64,000 bases of DNA from a phage. The first letter of the stretch is position 1. Each line of letters opens with the position of its first letter. The notes beneath the pieces were generated by a model. That model had not been told where the DNA came from, did not search any database, and saw nothing but the letters and a program-made list of their open reading frames with translations. The DNA is taken from the sequence record PZ445498.1; one strand, written 5' to 3'. Positions 45,237 to 54,682 of the stretch are shown piece by piece. Made by a program: the position numbers and the translations under genes.

Positions 45237-45478
45237 TCATGTTTCTCTTAGCGATGTACATTGTAGTTATTGCAGTTTTGGTTCAAAAATATCATACTTG
45301 GTCAATTAAGAATGTTGCAAAAGTAGCACTATTCATTATTCCGGTTCCAGTTCTTATTATTGCTCTAGCCTTGACAATGATCGCAGGCAAGATCACTAAG
45401 ACCAATGTTAAACGAATTATCGACGAAATCCAGCAATCTTCTGACCTAATTGAGGATATCCTGAAAGATGAAGCTTAA
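45233..45478 (+). CDS. hypothetical membrane protein
   Basis: 81 aa, two TM helices. Confidence 0.5.
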   Translation: MIMFLLAMYIVVIAVLVQKYHTWSIKNVAKVALFIIPVPVLIIALALTMIAGKITKTNVKRIIDEIQQSSDLIEDILKDEA

Positions 45479-45797
45479 TCATTTAGAAGCAACTTTACTG
45501 CACGAGTTCTTGGGTTTTGTTACAGATGGTTTCATTCAAACAGATACTCAAACTACTGAAGTTTTAACTCGGATTCGTGGAAAGCTAGAAGGCACATTGG
45601 AAGATTTCTGGAGACCACTGTCTGAACTGCCTCCACTTCATCTGAAAGTTATTGTTAAAGATATTGAGACTGGCGAAGAACGTGAAATGATCCGCAAAGA
45701 ATATGCGGATAGTTATTCTCCAGCTTCTATGGTTATGCATCATGATGATGAAGCAGAAACTCTTTGGACAGCCCATTACAAATGGCGCCTCCCGTGA
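45468..45797 (+). CDS. hypothetical protein
   Basis: 109 aa. Confidence 0.5.
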   Translation: MKLNHLEATLLHEFLGFVTDGFIQTDTQTTEVLTRIRGKLEGTLEDFWRPLSELPPLHLKVIVKDIETGEEREMIRKEYADSYSPASMVMHHDDEAETLWTAHYKWRLP

Positions 45798-45897
45798 TTG
45801 AATTATCAACTGTTACGGCAATCCTAGTCTTCGGCTTAGTGGTTGCCGTTTTCATCATCGTGGAGCAAGCCAAAGTAATAAGGAGACTTAAAAATAA

Positions 45898-46095
45898 ATG
45901 TTAAGGTTATACACTCAGTTTCCCCAGCTATTGACCGAATACTTTGAGCTACTACCTCAAATTATGTTTTTAGCTAGTTTAGTGAATATCACGTTCAGAC
46001 AACTAGGATTTGATGTTCCACCATTCAATATTACCGAAGTTCTTCCAGTTATGTACGAAGGCATTATAGTAGCGTTTAACGGAGTTCGCAAATGA
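45898..46095 (+). CDS. hypothetical protein
   Basis: 65 aa. Confidence 0.45.
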   Translation: MLRLYTQFPQLLTEYFELLPQIMFLASLVNITFRQLGFDVPPFNITEVLPVMYEGIIVAFNGVRK

Positions 46096-46559
46096 CAGCA
46101 CTGCAAAGATTACAGAATTACTGGTTTGATGGACAATTTAATGATTTATTCATTCAGTTGTTTGTCGAAACAAATGGACGCTTCAATTATCGCTTCTTCA
46201 ATACATTCCATGAGTCGAAATACTCCCACACAGAAATTAATGCAGCGATTCAAGACCTCACAGGTTCTAAGGTAATTCCTTATCGTGATGTAGATTTCGC
46301 ACCTGACTGTTTTGGTTTTGAATTGTTTAAGAAGGCATATAAATTCGGTAAGTTCGAAGATGCACGACATTGGGTTCATGACTTCTGGTATAATACTGAT
46401 ATCGTTCCTAGCCGTGTACTGATCCTCAACTGGATTGCAAAACAACATCCGCCGAAGGCACAATCGGCATTCCTTCCAACTGATACAGGAAATCTTTACC
46501 ATGACACAAAAGAAAAATCCAGTGCTAGAGCAGATGAAGCAGTTGGAGAAGCGGATTGA
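46092..46559 (+). CDS. hypothetical protein
   Basis: 155 aa. Confidence 0.5.
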   Translation: MTALQRLQNYWFDGQFNDLFIQLFVETNGRFNYRFFNTFHESKYSHTEINAAIQDLTGSKVIPYRDVDFAPDCFGFELFKKAYKFGKFEDARHWVHDFWYNTDIVPSRVLILNWIAKQHPPKAQSAFLPTDTGNLYHDTKEKSSARADEAVGEAD

Positions 46560-46884
46560 GGAAGGTACTCTAGAAGGTCGAGATATTGTTAATCATGCCT
46601 TCGATCTTACTACAGACCATGCTGACCCAATCGTTGCAGGTGAAACAGCAGATCTTATTGGTCTCTTAATGGCAGTTGGCCAGTTAATGGACATTACTCA
46701 GGAAGAGATTGATAATGGTGAAGAAGTTACTGTTCAAGATGTTCTTGGTGCTGTAGATCTGGTTGTTAATGCCTATGCTTATAAACGTCGCCATGCAATT
46801 AATGAGTATTCAGTATCTCGTGAGATTACTGAATCTCTTCTAGAAACTGCTGATATGGCCTTAAACGGCAAGAAACTTCACTAA
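46501..46884 (+). CDS. hypothetical acidic protein (start uncertain)
   Basis: Starts at MTQKKNPV; overlaps the previous ORF by 58 nt. Confidence 0.4.
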   Translation: MTQKKNPVLEQMKQLEKRIEEGTLEGRDIVNHAFDLTTDHADPIVAGETADLIGLLMAVGQLMDITQEEIDNGEEVTVQDVLGAVDLVVNAYAYKRRHAINEYSVSREITESLLETADMALNGKKLH

Positions 46885-46894
46885 GGAAATAATT

Positions 46895-47317
46895 ATGCAA
46901 TTTAACGTTATATCTGCTTTTCCAGGGTGTGGTAAGACTTACTTTACTAAGTGTTTTCCACGTGTACTAGATTCAGATTCTTCTAAGTTCCCGAAGGATA
47001 ACTTTCCAGCGAACTATATTGAGCACATTTCACAAGCTATAGAAGAAGGTAAACTGATCTTAGTTTCTAGCCATAAAGAAGTACGGGATGCTCTTCATGC
47101 TGCTGGAATAAATTTTATTCTGCTTTATCCAGAACGAGAGCTAAAAGAAGAATATTTAGCTAGGTATAAAGAAAGAGGAAGTCCTGATAGCTTTATCTCT
47201 TTACTTGATAGTAAATGGGATGAATGGATAACCTCCTGTGAATGTGACCCTGCGATCTCTATTCCTATGGAATCAGGTGAATTTATAACGGATTTAGTGA
47301 GCATTGATGCTACCTAA
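46895..47317 (+). CDS. P-loop NTPase-like protein
   Basis: ISAFPGCGKTYF Walker A motif. Confidence 0.5.
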   Translation: MQFNVISAFPGCGKTYFTKCFPRVLDSDSSKFPKDNFPANYIEHISQAIEEGKLILVSSHKEVRDALHAAGINFILLYPERELKEEYLARYKERGSPDSFISLLDSKWDEWITSCECDPAISIPMESGEFITDLVSIDAT

Positions 47318-47325
47318 TTTCTAGA

Positions 47326-47352
47326 GGCCAGGACTTAATTGTTCTGGCCTTT
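47326..47352 (+). terminator. hairpin terminator
   Basis: aggccagga ... tctggcct followed by ttcg. Confidence 0.5.
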
Positions 47353-47362
47353 CGTGTATATT

Positions 47363-47881
47363 ATGAGAGATAAAATAAACGAATTACTTTATGAGGAAGC
47401 ACTACAATTCCCCCTAAATAGGTTCACTAAATCAGATGGATCTATTAATAGAACTAAGCTCAAACAACTTCATCCAGACTTCCAGCAAGATGCACTTAAT
47501 CTTATCTTTATTAGAAGAGCTGTTGAAGCACATGGTAAGTTCTTTGGGTATGAAAGAGTTAAATATAGAACGATGCAACAGCAGGTTGAGATATATTGTC
47601 CAGATCACGATGGTTACTTCTTGCAAACTGCACGGTCTCACTTAGAAGGACATGGTTGCCGATTATGTGCTCATAAAGTTGTGACACGCTTAACAGAATA
47701 TGGAGTGTACACCGTACCAGCACCTTTCCACAAATTTGTAGTTGACGGTGAGCACATAATTTGGTATAATAAAGATCAAAAGTTAAAACAGGAGTTAAAG
47801 AAAGATGGAGTACGTAGTCTGGTCAAACCCCTTAGCTCTACTCTCCCACAAACTATTCAAGACGACGTGGGGGAGGCATGA
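47363..47881 (+). CDS. Cys/His-rich zinc-binding protein
   Basis: CPDHDG...HLEGHGCRLCAH; start moved downstream of terminator 47326-47352. Confidence 0.45.
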   Translation: MRDKINELLYEEALQFPLNRFTKSDGSINRTKLKQLHPDFQQDALNLIFIRRAVEAHGKFFGYERVKYRTMQQQVEIYCPDHDGYFLQTARSHLEGHGCRLCAHKVVTRLTEYGVYTVPAPFHKFVVDGEHIIWYNKDQKLKQELKKDGVRSLVKPLSSTLPQTIQDDVGEA

Positions 47882-48092
47882 GATAACTGTTAATGAGAAT
47901 CCACTTAATCATCAACATCCTTTAGTCCCAACTCTCTATAAGATTATTATAAATGATACAGAATACTTATTAGATGATTTTGGTAAAGAGTTTGTACAAA
48001 AAGCCATAGACGACAATAATGTTTCTATGGGCGAATTAATTAATAGAGCATCTAATTTTGATAAGAGTTGGATGTTAATTTGGAGTAACTAA
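47805..48092 (+). CDS. hypothetical protein (start uncertain)
   Basis: Track ORF overlapping the previous gene by 76 nt. Confidence 0.3.
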   Translation: MEYVVWSNPLALLSHKLFKTTWGRHEITVNENPLNHQHPLVPTLYKIIINDTEYLLDDFGKEFVQKAIDDNNVSMGELINRASNFDKSWMLIWSN

Positions 48093-48325
48093 TGGAAATT
48101 GTAGCAAGCGTCTTAGTAGTTATGTTATTCATAGTAATACTCGTATCTTTCGTTATTATGCGTAGAGCCAGAGAATTAGCAGAGGATCTAACAAAGTTAC
48201 GTGGAGAGGTGGCTACTCTTAAATTACAACGTGAATCTCTCAAGCTATTCGTGGCCCAAGGTAGCCTAGAACATACAGCAGAAGACTTCATAGTATATCT
48301 TAAACGTTACATGGGAATCAAATAA
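48092..48325 (+). CDS. hypothetical membrane protein
   Basis: 77 aa, N-terminal TM helix. Confidence 0.5.
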   Translation: MEIVASVLVVMLFIVILVSFVIMRRARELAEDLTKLRGEVATLKLQRESLKLFVAQGSLEHTAEDFIVYLKRYMGIK

Positions 48326-48510
48326 TGGAAACATTACTTCTTGTACTACTAGGCGGCTCACTCTTAACTATTCTAGGCTTGATAATTGTATGTAGTCGCC
48401 TCAATGTTAAGAATCTAGAATTAGATAGTGAGAATCAGATTCTTAACCGAGAAATTAAACAACATAATATCGCAGCTCGTAAGCTGTTAGATAAACTGGA
48501 GAATAGATAA
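48325..48510 (+). CDS. hypothetical membrane protein
   Basis: 61 aa, N-terminal TM helix. Confidence 0.5.
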   Translation: METLLLVLLGGSLLTILGLIIVCSRLNVKNLELDSENQILNREIKQHNIAARKLLDKLENR

Positions 48511-49121
48511 TGTTTACACAACAAACCATTAAAGTAGTTGCAGATCATGAACTCGACACATGGGATTATAGCTTTAAAGATCTGACTGCTACAGTACAGT
48601 TTAAATCTATGCAACTGTCGTTTTTGCACATTGATCTTCAGGCTTGCAAAGAGTTTCAGGCTAAGCTCATGAATGCTCGTAAGATCTTTGGCACAGCTCG
48701 CATCCCGGCTGATAATCTGATTAATGCACTAATCGATGCAGGATACAAACTCGTGAAGACTGAGGTGAATCGCCCTAGTACTCCAGTGACTATTCGAGAT
48801 CCGTGGCAGTCTGGACCAATCACGATGTTAAATAATTCTGATAAAAGATTAATGTCGGATATGCACAATGTTCCTTGTGGTGGCGTGGTAAGCAATACGC
48901 AATCATATAAGTTTGGGGAGGATTGCAGTCCTTCTGTACAATTGAAACATACTCAAGAAGCTCTTGAATCTGATATGCGAAGCGTAGCACCAGCGGATGC
49001 TGGAGTTTCTAGGAACTCATACACCATTCATCTGAGTACACCATCTAGTAGAAATGAGAGCTTTGCTGATGCAGTTATGGAAGCTCTTGTTGATCTGACT
49101 AATAGTAAGGGTTTTAATTAA
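48510..49121 (+). CDS. hypothetical protein
   Basis: 203 aa. Confidence 0.55.
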   Translation: MFTQQTIKVVADHELDTWDYSFKDLTATVQFKSMQLSFLHIDLQACKEFQAKLMNARKIFGTARIPADNLINALIDAGYKLVKTEVNRPSTPVTIRDPWQSGPITMLNNSDKRLMSDMHNVPCGGVVSNTQSYKFGEDCSPSVQLKHTQEALESDMRSVAPADAGVSRNSYTIHLSTPSSRNESFADAVMEALVDLTNSKGFN

Positions 49122-49471
49122 TGGAACTAGTTACTGAATTTACTATAGGCCACTGCAAGGTGGCTTTTCTCAATGAAAAGTCTTTTAATAACGAAGAAAC
49201 TATTGGGATCTTTGAAATTAAGGAGGATGAATATGAACGTGTGGAAAGGCTAGCGTATTTATTCTTTGCTGATGGTCATTTAATGAATGATCTCAAAGAG
49301 CTAGTATTTAGGTTGCCAAAAGATATACCTTTCACAGCTAGAAACATGTCTCATATTGTTGCTCAACTAAATCTAATATGGATTAAATTAGATCCCGCTA
49401 TAGATAGAGTCATAACATTAAAAGAAAGACCAGTTAAAAAATTTACAGGTGATCAAGCCTGTGATATCTAG
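49121..49471 (+). CDS. hypothetical protein
   Basis: 116 aa. Confidence 0.5.
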   Translation: MELVTEFTIGHCKVAFLNEKSFNNEETIGIFEIKEDEYERVERLAYLFFADGHLMNDLKELVFRLPKDIPFTARNMSHIVAQLNLIWIKLDPAIDRVITLKERPVKKFTGDQACDI

Positions 49472-49548
49472 TAATAAAAGCACGAGCCTCTACGGAGGCT
49501 CTAAAATAAAAAGAAGGTCACAATGACCTTAAAAACGAGAGATAAATA

Positions 49549-50430
49549 ATGTATAACTTTAAAGATAAACTAAGACAAAATGCTGGCAAAGGAAAAGCTA
49601 AGGAAACAAATAATATTCCTAATGCTAAAATATTACCTTTCCCTGAACTAACCCAAGAAGAAAAAGATAAACTAGCATTTATGTTCGATGCACTTCTAGG
49701 ACTGAATGGACGTTTATACTCTACGCTCTCGTTAAATGAGAAGCGTTTAGTAGAGTTCTTCGGAAAACGTTATCAAGTTACATCTAAGGGTAACGCTCTT
49801 AAAGAAGGAGAAAAACCTTACACAGTTATTAAGATTAGTGCATATGCACATCGTTTCTTAATTCGTGCGCTAGAGACAGAATACTTCACATTACCATCAT
49901 TTAGTGCATTCCACATCTTCGAAGATGAACGAATGAATATTGATGATTTATATGGAGATCGTTATCAATATTCAGGAAGTCCTTTCCATGATGCACTGAG
50001 AAGCTACCCAAATTGTTATCTTCCAATTAGAGCATCACAAGGCAAGGCAAGTGTCTTTGCAGTGTACTCAGGATCTAAAGCATCGGATCTAGAAACTTAT
50101 ATTTATAAAGAACGTAGATCTGCTATTCCAGAAGAAGCACGTTATGAAAATCCAATTCTACCAACTAAAGAAGTCAAGGAAACCAAAACTTCTACTACTC
50201 AAACAGAATCTCCTTATCTGAAGTTTGAGAAACAAGTTGGATGGGTTCTAGAAATGGGTATAGCTTCACCGCTTGCTGCAGCATTTATCAATAGGTATCT
50301 AGAAATTCCTGACGAGTTCCACACACGTTATAACACGAATATTCAGATCACAGATGAATTAATAGCTATTGCAAAAGATACACCTACTAACACTGAGGCG
50401 TATCAAAAAGCATACCAAGAGTTACTATAA
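49549..50430 (+). CDS. hypothetical protein
   Basis: 293 aa; last gene before the repeat region. Confidence 0.55.
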   Translation: MYNFKDKLRQNAGKGKAKETNNIPNAKILPFPELTQEEKDKLAFMFDALLGLNGRLYSTLSLNEKRLVEFFGKRYQVTSKGNALKEGEKPYTVIKISAYAHRFLIRALETEYFTLPSFSAFHIFEDERMNIDDLYGDRYQYSGSPFHDALRSYPNCYLPIRASQGKASVFAVYSGSKASDLETYIYKERRSAIPEEARYENPILPTKEVKETKTSTTQTESPYLKFEKQVGWVLEMGIASPLAAAFINRYLEIPDEFHTRYNTNIQITDELIAIAKDTPTNTEAYQKAYQELL

Positions 50431-50882
50431 GATCCTGCAAGTCTCGGTGCACAATACCTGTACCGAGACTCAAATACAAACTCTCGTTGACAGATAACTA
50501 AATGTATGTTATCATAACTCTATGAGTTAATAGAATTAACCATTTAGAGTTGCCACACAGAAGGTGTGGTGGTTCAGGAATCTTAAATTACTGACTTGTA
50601 GCGTAGGTTACGGAGCGACAGGACAAGTCAACAGGTAATTTAATAAAGATTACTAGAAACATCACGAGACCTTCTGGCGGGGGCAAAGCTCTATATGAGA
50701 ACCCTGGGGGATCTTATACTTATATAAAAACTGATACTGTTGAATAGATAAATTAACGTTCAAGATGATACACCGGTTGCCGCTCATCTGCTAGGATGGC
50801 ACAACACTTTCTAGTAGACTCCTAAGTTTCTAGGAAAACTCACGCATTCTAGGGCAGTTTCTCTCCAACGTTACATATCCTA

Positions 50883-50941
50883 GGGCGGTTTCCTATACAG
50901 GGCGGTTATAGGGAGGGCGGTTATAGGGAGGGCGGTTATTT
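50883..50941. repeat. short tandem repeat (gggcggttataggga units)
   Basis: Four gggcggtt cores within 60 bp. Confidence 0.8.
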
Positions 50942-50982
50942 CTAGAAGACATTTTTCCAAAACACATTTCTGGAAATTGCTA

Positions 50983-51582
50983 TCGGATTTGCACATTATG
51001 TTTCTAGAAATTTATGGTCGGATTTGCACATTGATAGGAGTCTCCAAAGTTTTTAGGAACACTGAAAATAGCAGCATTATTTCGGGCCGAAGGCCCATAT
51101 TTGCCTGAGTTTTTAGAGCCACAGGAATTTTCACTTGTCAAGCTGTTTTGCCCCCTTTTGCTAATAAAATTTCGTATAATCTCCCCGAATCTCACTTCTA
51201 GCCAAAACATCCCACATTATCCCCAAAAACGCAGCAAACCGGTGCTAAAGCACCATCACCGCTGCTCCTCCCGTAGTTCCTCCCAAAATCTCATCGGATT
51301 CGCACTTCTCCCCAAACCCACACAATCACACACCCTCCCATCAAAGTCACAAAAATCTTGTCGGATTTGCACATCTCAACACATGTCGGATTTGCACATA
51401 CTCTAGTAAATCCAGCTGGATTGCATTGCAGTTGCGGATTGCTGGAGTTTTTAGGAAAATTCATTGTCGGATTCGCACACTATAAAAATATTTCCCATCG
51501 GATTTGCACACTACCAAAAATTGTCGGATTCGCACATACACGCCCACACGTAACACCCGTGGAGCAATGTCGGATTTGCACA
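50983..51582. repeat. dispersed direct 13-mer TCGGATT(T/C)GCACA, 9 copies
   Basis: Copies at about 50983, 51018, 51294, 51361, 51386, 51467, 51498, 51524 and 51570, all on the plus strand; degenerate copies near 51413 and 51433. Confidence 0.8.
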
Positions 51583-51617
51583 AAAGCGCAGGGCAAAATG
51601 AAAATGCCCTGCCTGCC

Positions 51618-51775
51618 GAAATGCGAATGATAATGAGATTGATTCTCATTTGAAAAGTTGAATGCGAATGATAATGATTCGCGTTTAGAAAGTGGAATGA
51701 GAATGGTTATCATTTACAGAATTGAATGCGAATGAGTTGCATAATGATAATGATTCGCATTTAGAAAGGGAAGTG
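51618..51775. repeat. AT-rich repeats and palindromes built on AATGCGAATGATAATGA
   Basis: Three direct copies of gaatgcgaatga plus inverted partners (aatgcgaat ... attcgcatt). Confidence 0.75.
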
Positions 51776-51794
51776 AGAAACACTGCTATTTAAG

Positions 51795-51803
51795 TTATCC
51801 ACA
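51795..51803. promoter_or_regulatory. DnaA-box consensus TTATCCACA
   Basis: Exact 9-mer match. Confidence 0.45.
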
Positions 51804-51884
51804 GGTTTATTAACAGCACGATTTGACTTGACAAAATCCTAGCGATTTTGAGGCGTTATCAACAGACTTATTAACAGGTTATTC

Positions 51885-51904
51885 TACTGTATAAATATAC
51901 AGTA
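51885..51904. promoter_or_regulatory. LexA (SOS) box-like palindrome TACTGTATAAATATACAGTA
   Basis: Fits TACTG-N10-CAGTA exactly. Confidence 0.5.
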
Positions 51905-52274
51905 TATTCCAGCAGGAGAATAATCTAATATAGCCTTTAAACGCTCTGTAACGCAGTCTAACGCGTTTATTTTTGGAGGAGGTATTTTAATAAGGGGAAG
52001 TTTGAGGAAGACCAGAAAAAGCGGGGCCGGTAGTTGCGCCCCGTTATTATTAGCGGTAGATGTATTGTTGCCAGTAGCGGCGGATATTGTCGCCACCGTC
52101 GGGATCATTAGCAGACCTAATATTACCTATAAAAATATATAGTTTCATAACGCCATCGCTCCTAGAATGAGAATGATTATTATTAACATTGTGAAGCCAT
52201 TACCAAATCGTAAACGCTGGGAATGTTTCCCAGCGGTATTATTAGATTTATGGCTTTGTGTTTTTCGCCACCAG

Positions 52275-52623
52275 CTATTCATAAGCTGATTTCCGAAACG
52301 TTGTTTCAATACTATCCGCAGTGGATTGAATATACGCGCCTTTCATAATCAGGCGCTCTGTACACACTTTGCGGAAAATGTCAATAAATTCATTTTCATT
52401 TTCCGCTATTAACGCTTCCCCCATAACCTGAACGTCACAAGACCCAAAAGTTAAAAATTGAAACGCTAGTTCACGGGCGACAACGGCAGAAATTTTATAA
52501 TGTGCTTTGCCCTCATAGATATTAACCACGCCTTTATAAACTGGTGAAAGCTGATTTAAATAGTTTGCTAATAATGCCGGACGGCAATTAGTTACAAATC
52601 GGTTGCCCTCGTAAATTACCATT
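52275..52623 (-). CDS. hypothetical pre-early protein
   Basis: Start reassigned to the internal ATG (MVIYEGN) coupled to the upstream stop (TAAAATG). Confidence 0.45.
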
Positions 52624-52836
52624 TTATAACACTCCCCGAAACGCAGCGTAAAAGGTGGCAAAGTGTTTAACCGTTTCGGATACCAAATTGCCGCGCTTGT
52701 CAAATTTCTTTTCTGTAACACGAAAGGCGTTTTTATTGCGTGGTACATATTCAATTTTACAGTCTAGACGCTCGAACGTGTTAACATCCACCAGCTTAAA
52801 ACCTTTGGAACGGGCAAGGGAAACATTCTTTAACAT
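52624..52836 (-). CDS. hypothetical pre-early protein
   Basis: 70 aa, aaagggga RBS. Confidence 0.45.
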   Translation of the reverse strand: MLKNVSLARSKGFKLVDVNTFERLDCKIEYVPRNKNAFRVTEKKFDKRGNLVSETVKHFATFYAAFRGVL

Positions 52837-52838
52837 TT

Positions 52839-52988
52839 TTATTCCCCTTTACCAGTCATACAGCCTAACAAGTAAGAAAAACCCGCGATACCTGCTCCAA
52901 TAATAACCACGTGAACGCCGAAAGCTATTGCAAACAGTGATAAAATAGCGCCCAAGATACCTGCTAGAACTGATCGAAAAATAACCAT
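52839..52988 (-). CDS. small hydrophobic peptide (49 aa, below the ORF-track cutoff)
   Basis: aggag RBS; MVIFRSVLAGILGAILSLFAIAFGVHVVIIGAGIAGFSYLLGCMTGKGE. Confidence 0.35.
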   Translation of the reverse strand: MVIFRSVLAGILGAILSLFAIAFGVHVVIIGAGIAGFSYLLGCMTGKGE

Positions 52989-53036
52989 TTTATTAGCTCC
53001 TAGAAATTAGGGGCGAAAGTAACGCCCCGTTATTAA

Positions 53037-53264
53037 TTACATTAAAACAATTTTTGCCGCTTGCTTTTTGGTGCAGTGGTTAGCTTTCAATTCATCCAGC
53101 AAAAATCCGGCTGTTTGCTGATCAATCTTGTCATTGTCGTAAAGCCCCTGAATGGTAACATAAGTTTTACCAATCCCAAATTCAGAAACCATAACGCTGA
53201 CAATAGCGGGAACGGATACCCATTCCATACCGTTAAAAATTGCAGAAGATGATGAATATACCAT
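53037..53264 (-). CDS. hypothetical pre-early protein
   Basis: 75-aa ORF downstream of the 333-aa gene on the same strand. Confidence 0.4.
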   Translation of the reverse strand: MVYSSSSAIFNGMEWVSVPAIVSVMVSEFGIGKTYVTIQGLYDNDKIDQQTAGFLLDELKANHCTKKQAAKIVLM

Positions 53265-53384
53265 TTTAACGCCTCCTAGAAATCAGGGAAAAATTTTCAA
53301 TCCACCGTTTCGGTGTAAAGGCATTATAACAAAAAAGGCCGCCATAATAGGCGACCTTTACAAAACTTTACATTAGACTAATTA

Positions 53385-54386
53385 TTATTCGCTTTCAGCG
53401 TTTTGGGTAAAGGTGGAAATGTCAATACCTTTTACCATTTCGTCGATCATTTCAGCGATGTTAAAAGATTGTACCATTTCTAGCATTGCCGCTTCCATTG
53501 CCGCGCCTGCTACCGCTTTTGCTTTCGCGTTATTCGGGGCGTACTGGTCAACTGCTACACTCAGCAGGTTAGCAATAACTACCCGACCGATAGGCGTATC
53601 AATATAACCCTTGATAATAAACGGCGCTTTTTTCGCCGCTACTTTTGTGATTTGAGTCAGTGCAATTTTACCTGCTTCCAGTTTAGCAGCGTTTACAACG
53701 GCGGATTTATTAGCGGCAACGATAGAAGATACTTTAGACATAATATTTCCTTTATTTTCAGTAGTTTGCGCATTTGCGCTTGAAGTTTGAGATTGTACAG
53801 CCTGTTTTGTTACAATGTCAAGCGGTAAAAGTGTAAATCCAGCATTTGCAACGTTTGATTCATTCCCATACTCTAAATAATCGTTAGGAATCAACATGTT
53901 ACCGCTAGCGCGTTCAAAACACAATACGCCAGTTGTTTCGATTGCGTCACTATCCGCACCTTTATAACTGGATGATAATTCACGCCAGATACTATTTAAT
54001 AACGATCCGACACTATCCAGCCGGATATTATTTACTTTTGTTGCTGTTACCTGCTCCTTTTCTTGCACGTTATATAATCGCGCAATGTAACCACTATGAG
54101 ACTCATTATAGCCAACAATGATAAAATCAATATCAGTTCCACGACTATTACGGAAAATATGATAATCACGGTTGAAAATTACTAGCGCCCTTGTCTGGTC
54201 TAGTAATAGCGTGAAATCATCGACTGAATAATGAGTATCATTATTATCTAAAATATCCTCGTGAATCTTTTCGATAATAGTAGCCGTATGTTGTAGGCTT
54301 GCCGCGCTACTACCATCTAGCAGGTTGCGCAAACTACCTTTTAAAATAGTGGCGTTTGCTGGTACTGCAATTCTTACAGTAGACAT
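53385..54386 (-). CDS. hypothetical pre-early protein (333 aa), function unknown
   Basis: Largest leftward ORF of the higher-GC block; no motif I recognise. Confidence 0.6.
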   Translation of the reverse strand: MSTVRIAVPANATILKGSLRNLLDGSSAASLQHTATIIEKIHEDILDNNDTHYSVDDFTLLLDQTRALVIFNRDYHIFRNSRGTDIDFIIVGYNESHSGYIARLYNVQEKEQVTATKVNNIRLDSVGSLLNSIWRELSSSYKGADSDAIETTGVLCFERASGNMLIPNDYLEYGNESNVANAGFTLLPLDIVTKQAVQSQTSSANAQTTENKGNIMSKVSSIVAANKSAVVNAAKLEAGKIALTQITKVAAKKAPFIIKGYIDTPIGRVVIANLLSVAVDQYAPNNAKAKAVAGAAMEAAMLEMVQSFNIAEMIDEMVKGIDISTFTQNAESE

Positions 54387-54644
54387 TTCTTTACCTCCCT
54401 CGTTAATCGGTGAGTGAATGATATAGATATTTGTTCATTAGGGGCAAGAAAAAAGAAAAGGTTTTTTATTCCTTGCCTACTGCCTGTTTTTATGATATCC
54501 GCGCGTTTTCTATTTCTAGCACTCTGTAAGTGTACACAAGGCTTTATTATAATAAGGGCAGCAGTGAGAAAACGCCGTGTAGCGCGTTCTAGGCCGCTTA
54601 AATTTGATTGCGGTTGTTACTGCTACCATTCTACCCTGTATATT

Positions 54645-54664
54645 TATACAGTAGGATAACCTGT
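54645..54664. promoter_or_regulatory. LexA box-like palindrome CTGT-N8-ACAG
   Basis: cctgtatatttatacagtag in the divergent intergenic region. Confidence 0.45.
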
Positions 54665-54673
54665 ATATAAGTC

Positions 54674-54682
54674 TGTGGATAA
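54674..54682. promoter_or_regulatory. DnaA box (TGTGGATAA, reverse complement of TTATCCACA)
   Basis: Exact 9-mer; 8/9 matches also at 54723-54731 and 55008-55016. Confidence 0.45.

Noticed and set aside
50983-51582. Possible CRISPR array suggested by iterated short repeats
   Set aside because: Repeat unit is only 13 bp, spacing is irregular (25-280 bp), there are no uniform spacers, and no cas genes are present.
51884-52108. 74-aa minus-strand ORF spanning the LexA box and repeat region
   Set aside because: No RBS, low-complexity sequence, overlaps regulatory motifs; more likely non-coding.
53933-54121. 62-aa plus-strand ORF inside the 333-aa minus-strand gene
   Set aside because: Tyr/Leu-rich low-complexity translation antisense to a longer ORF with RBS.
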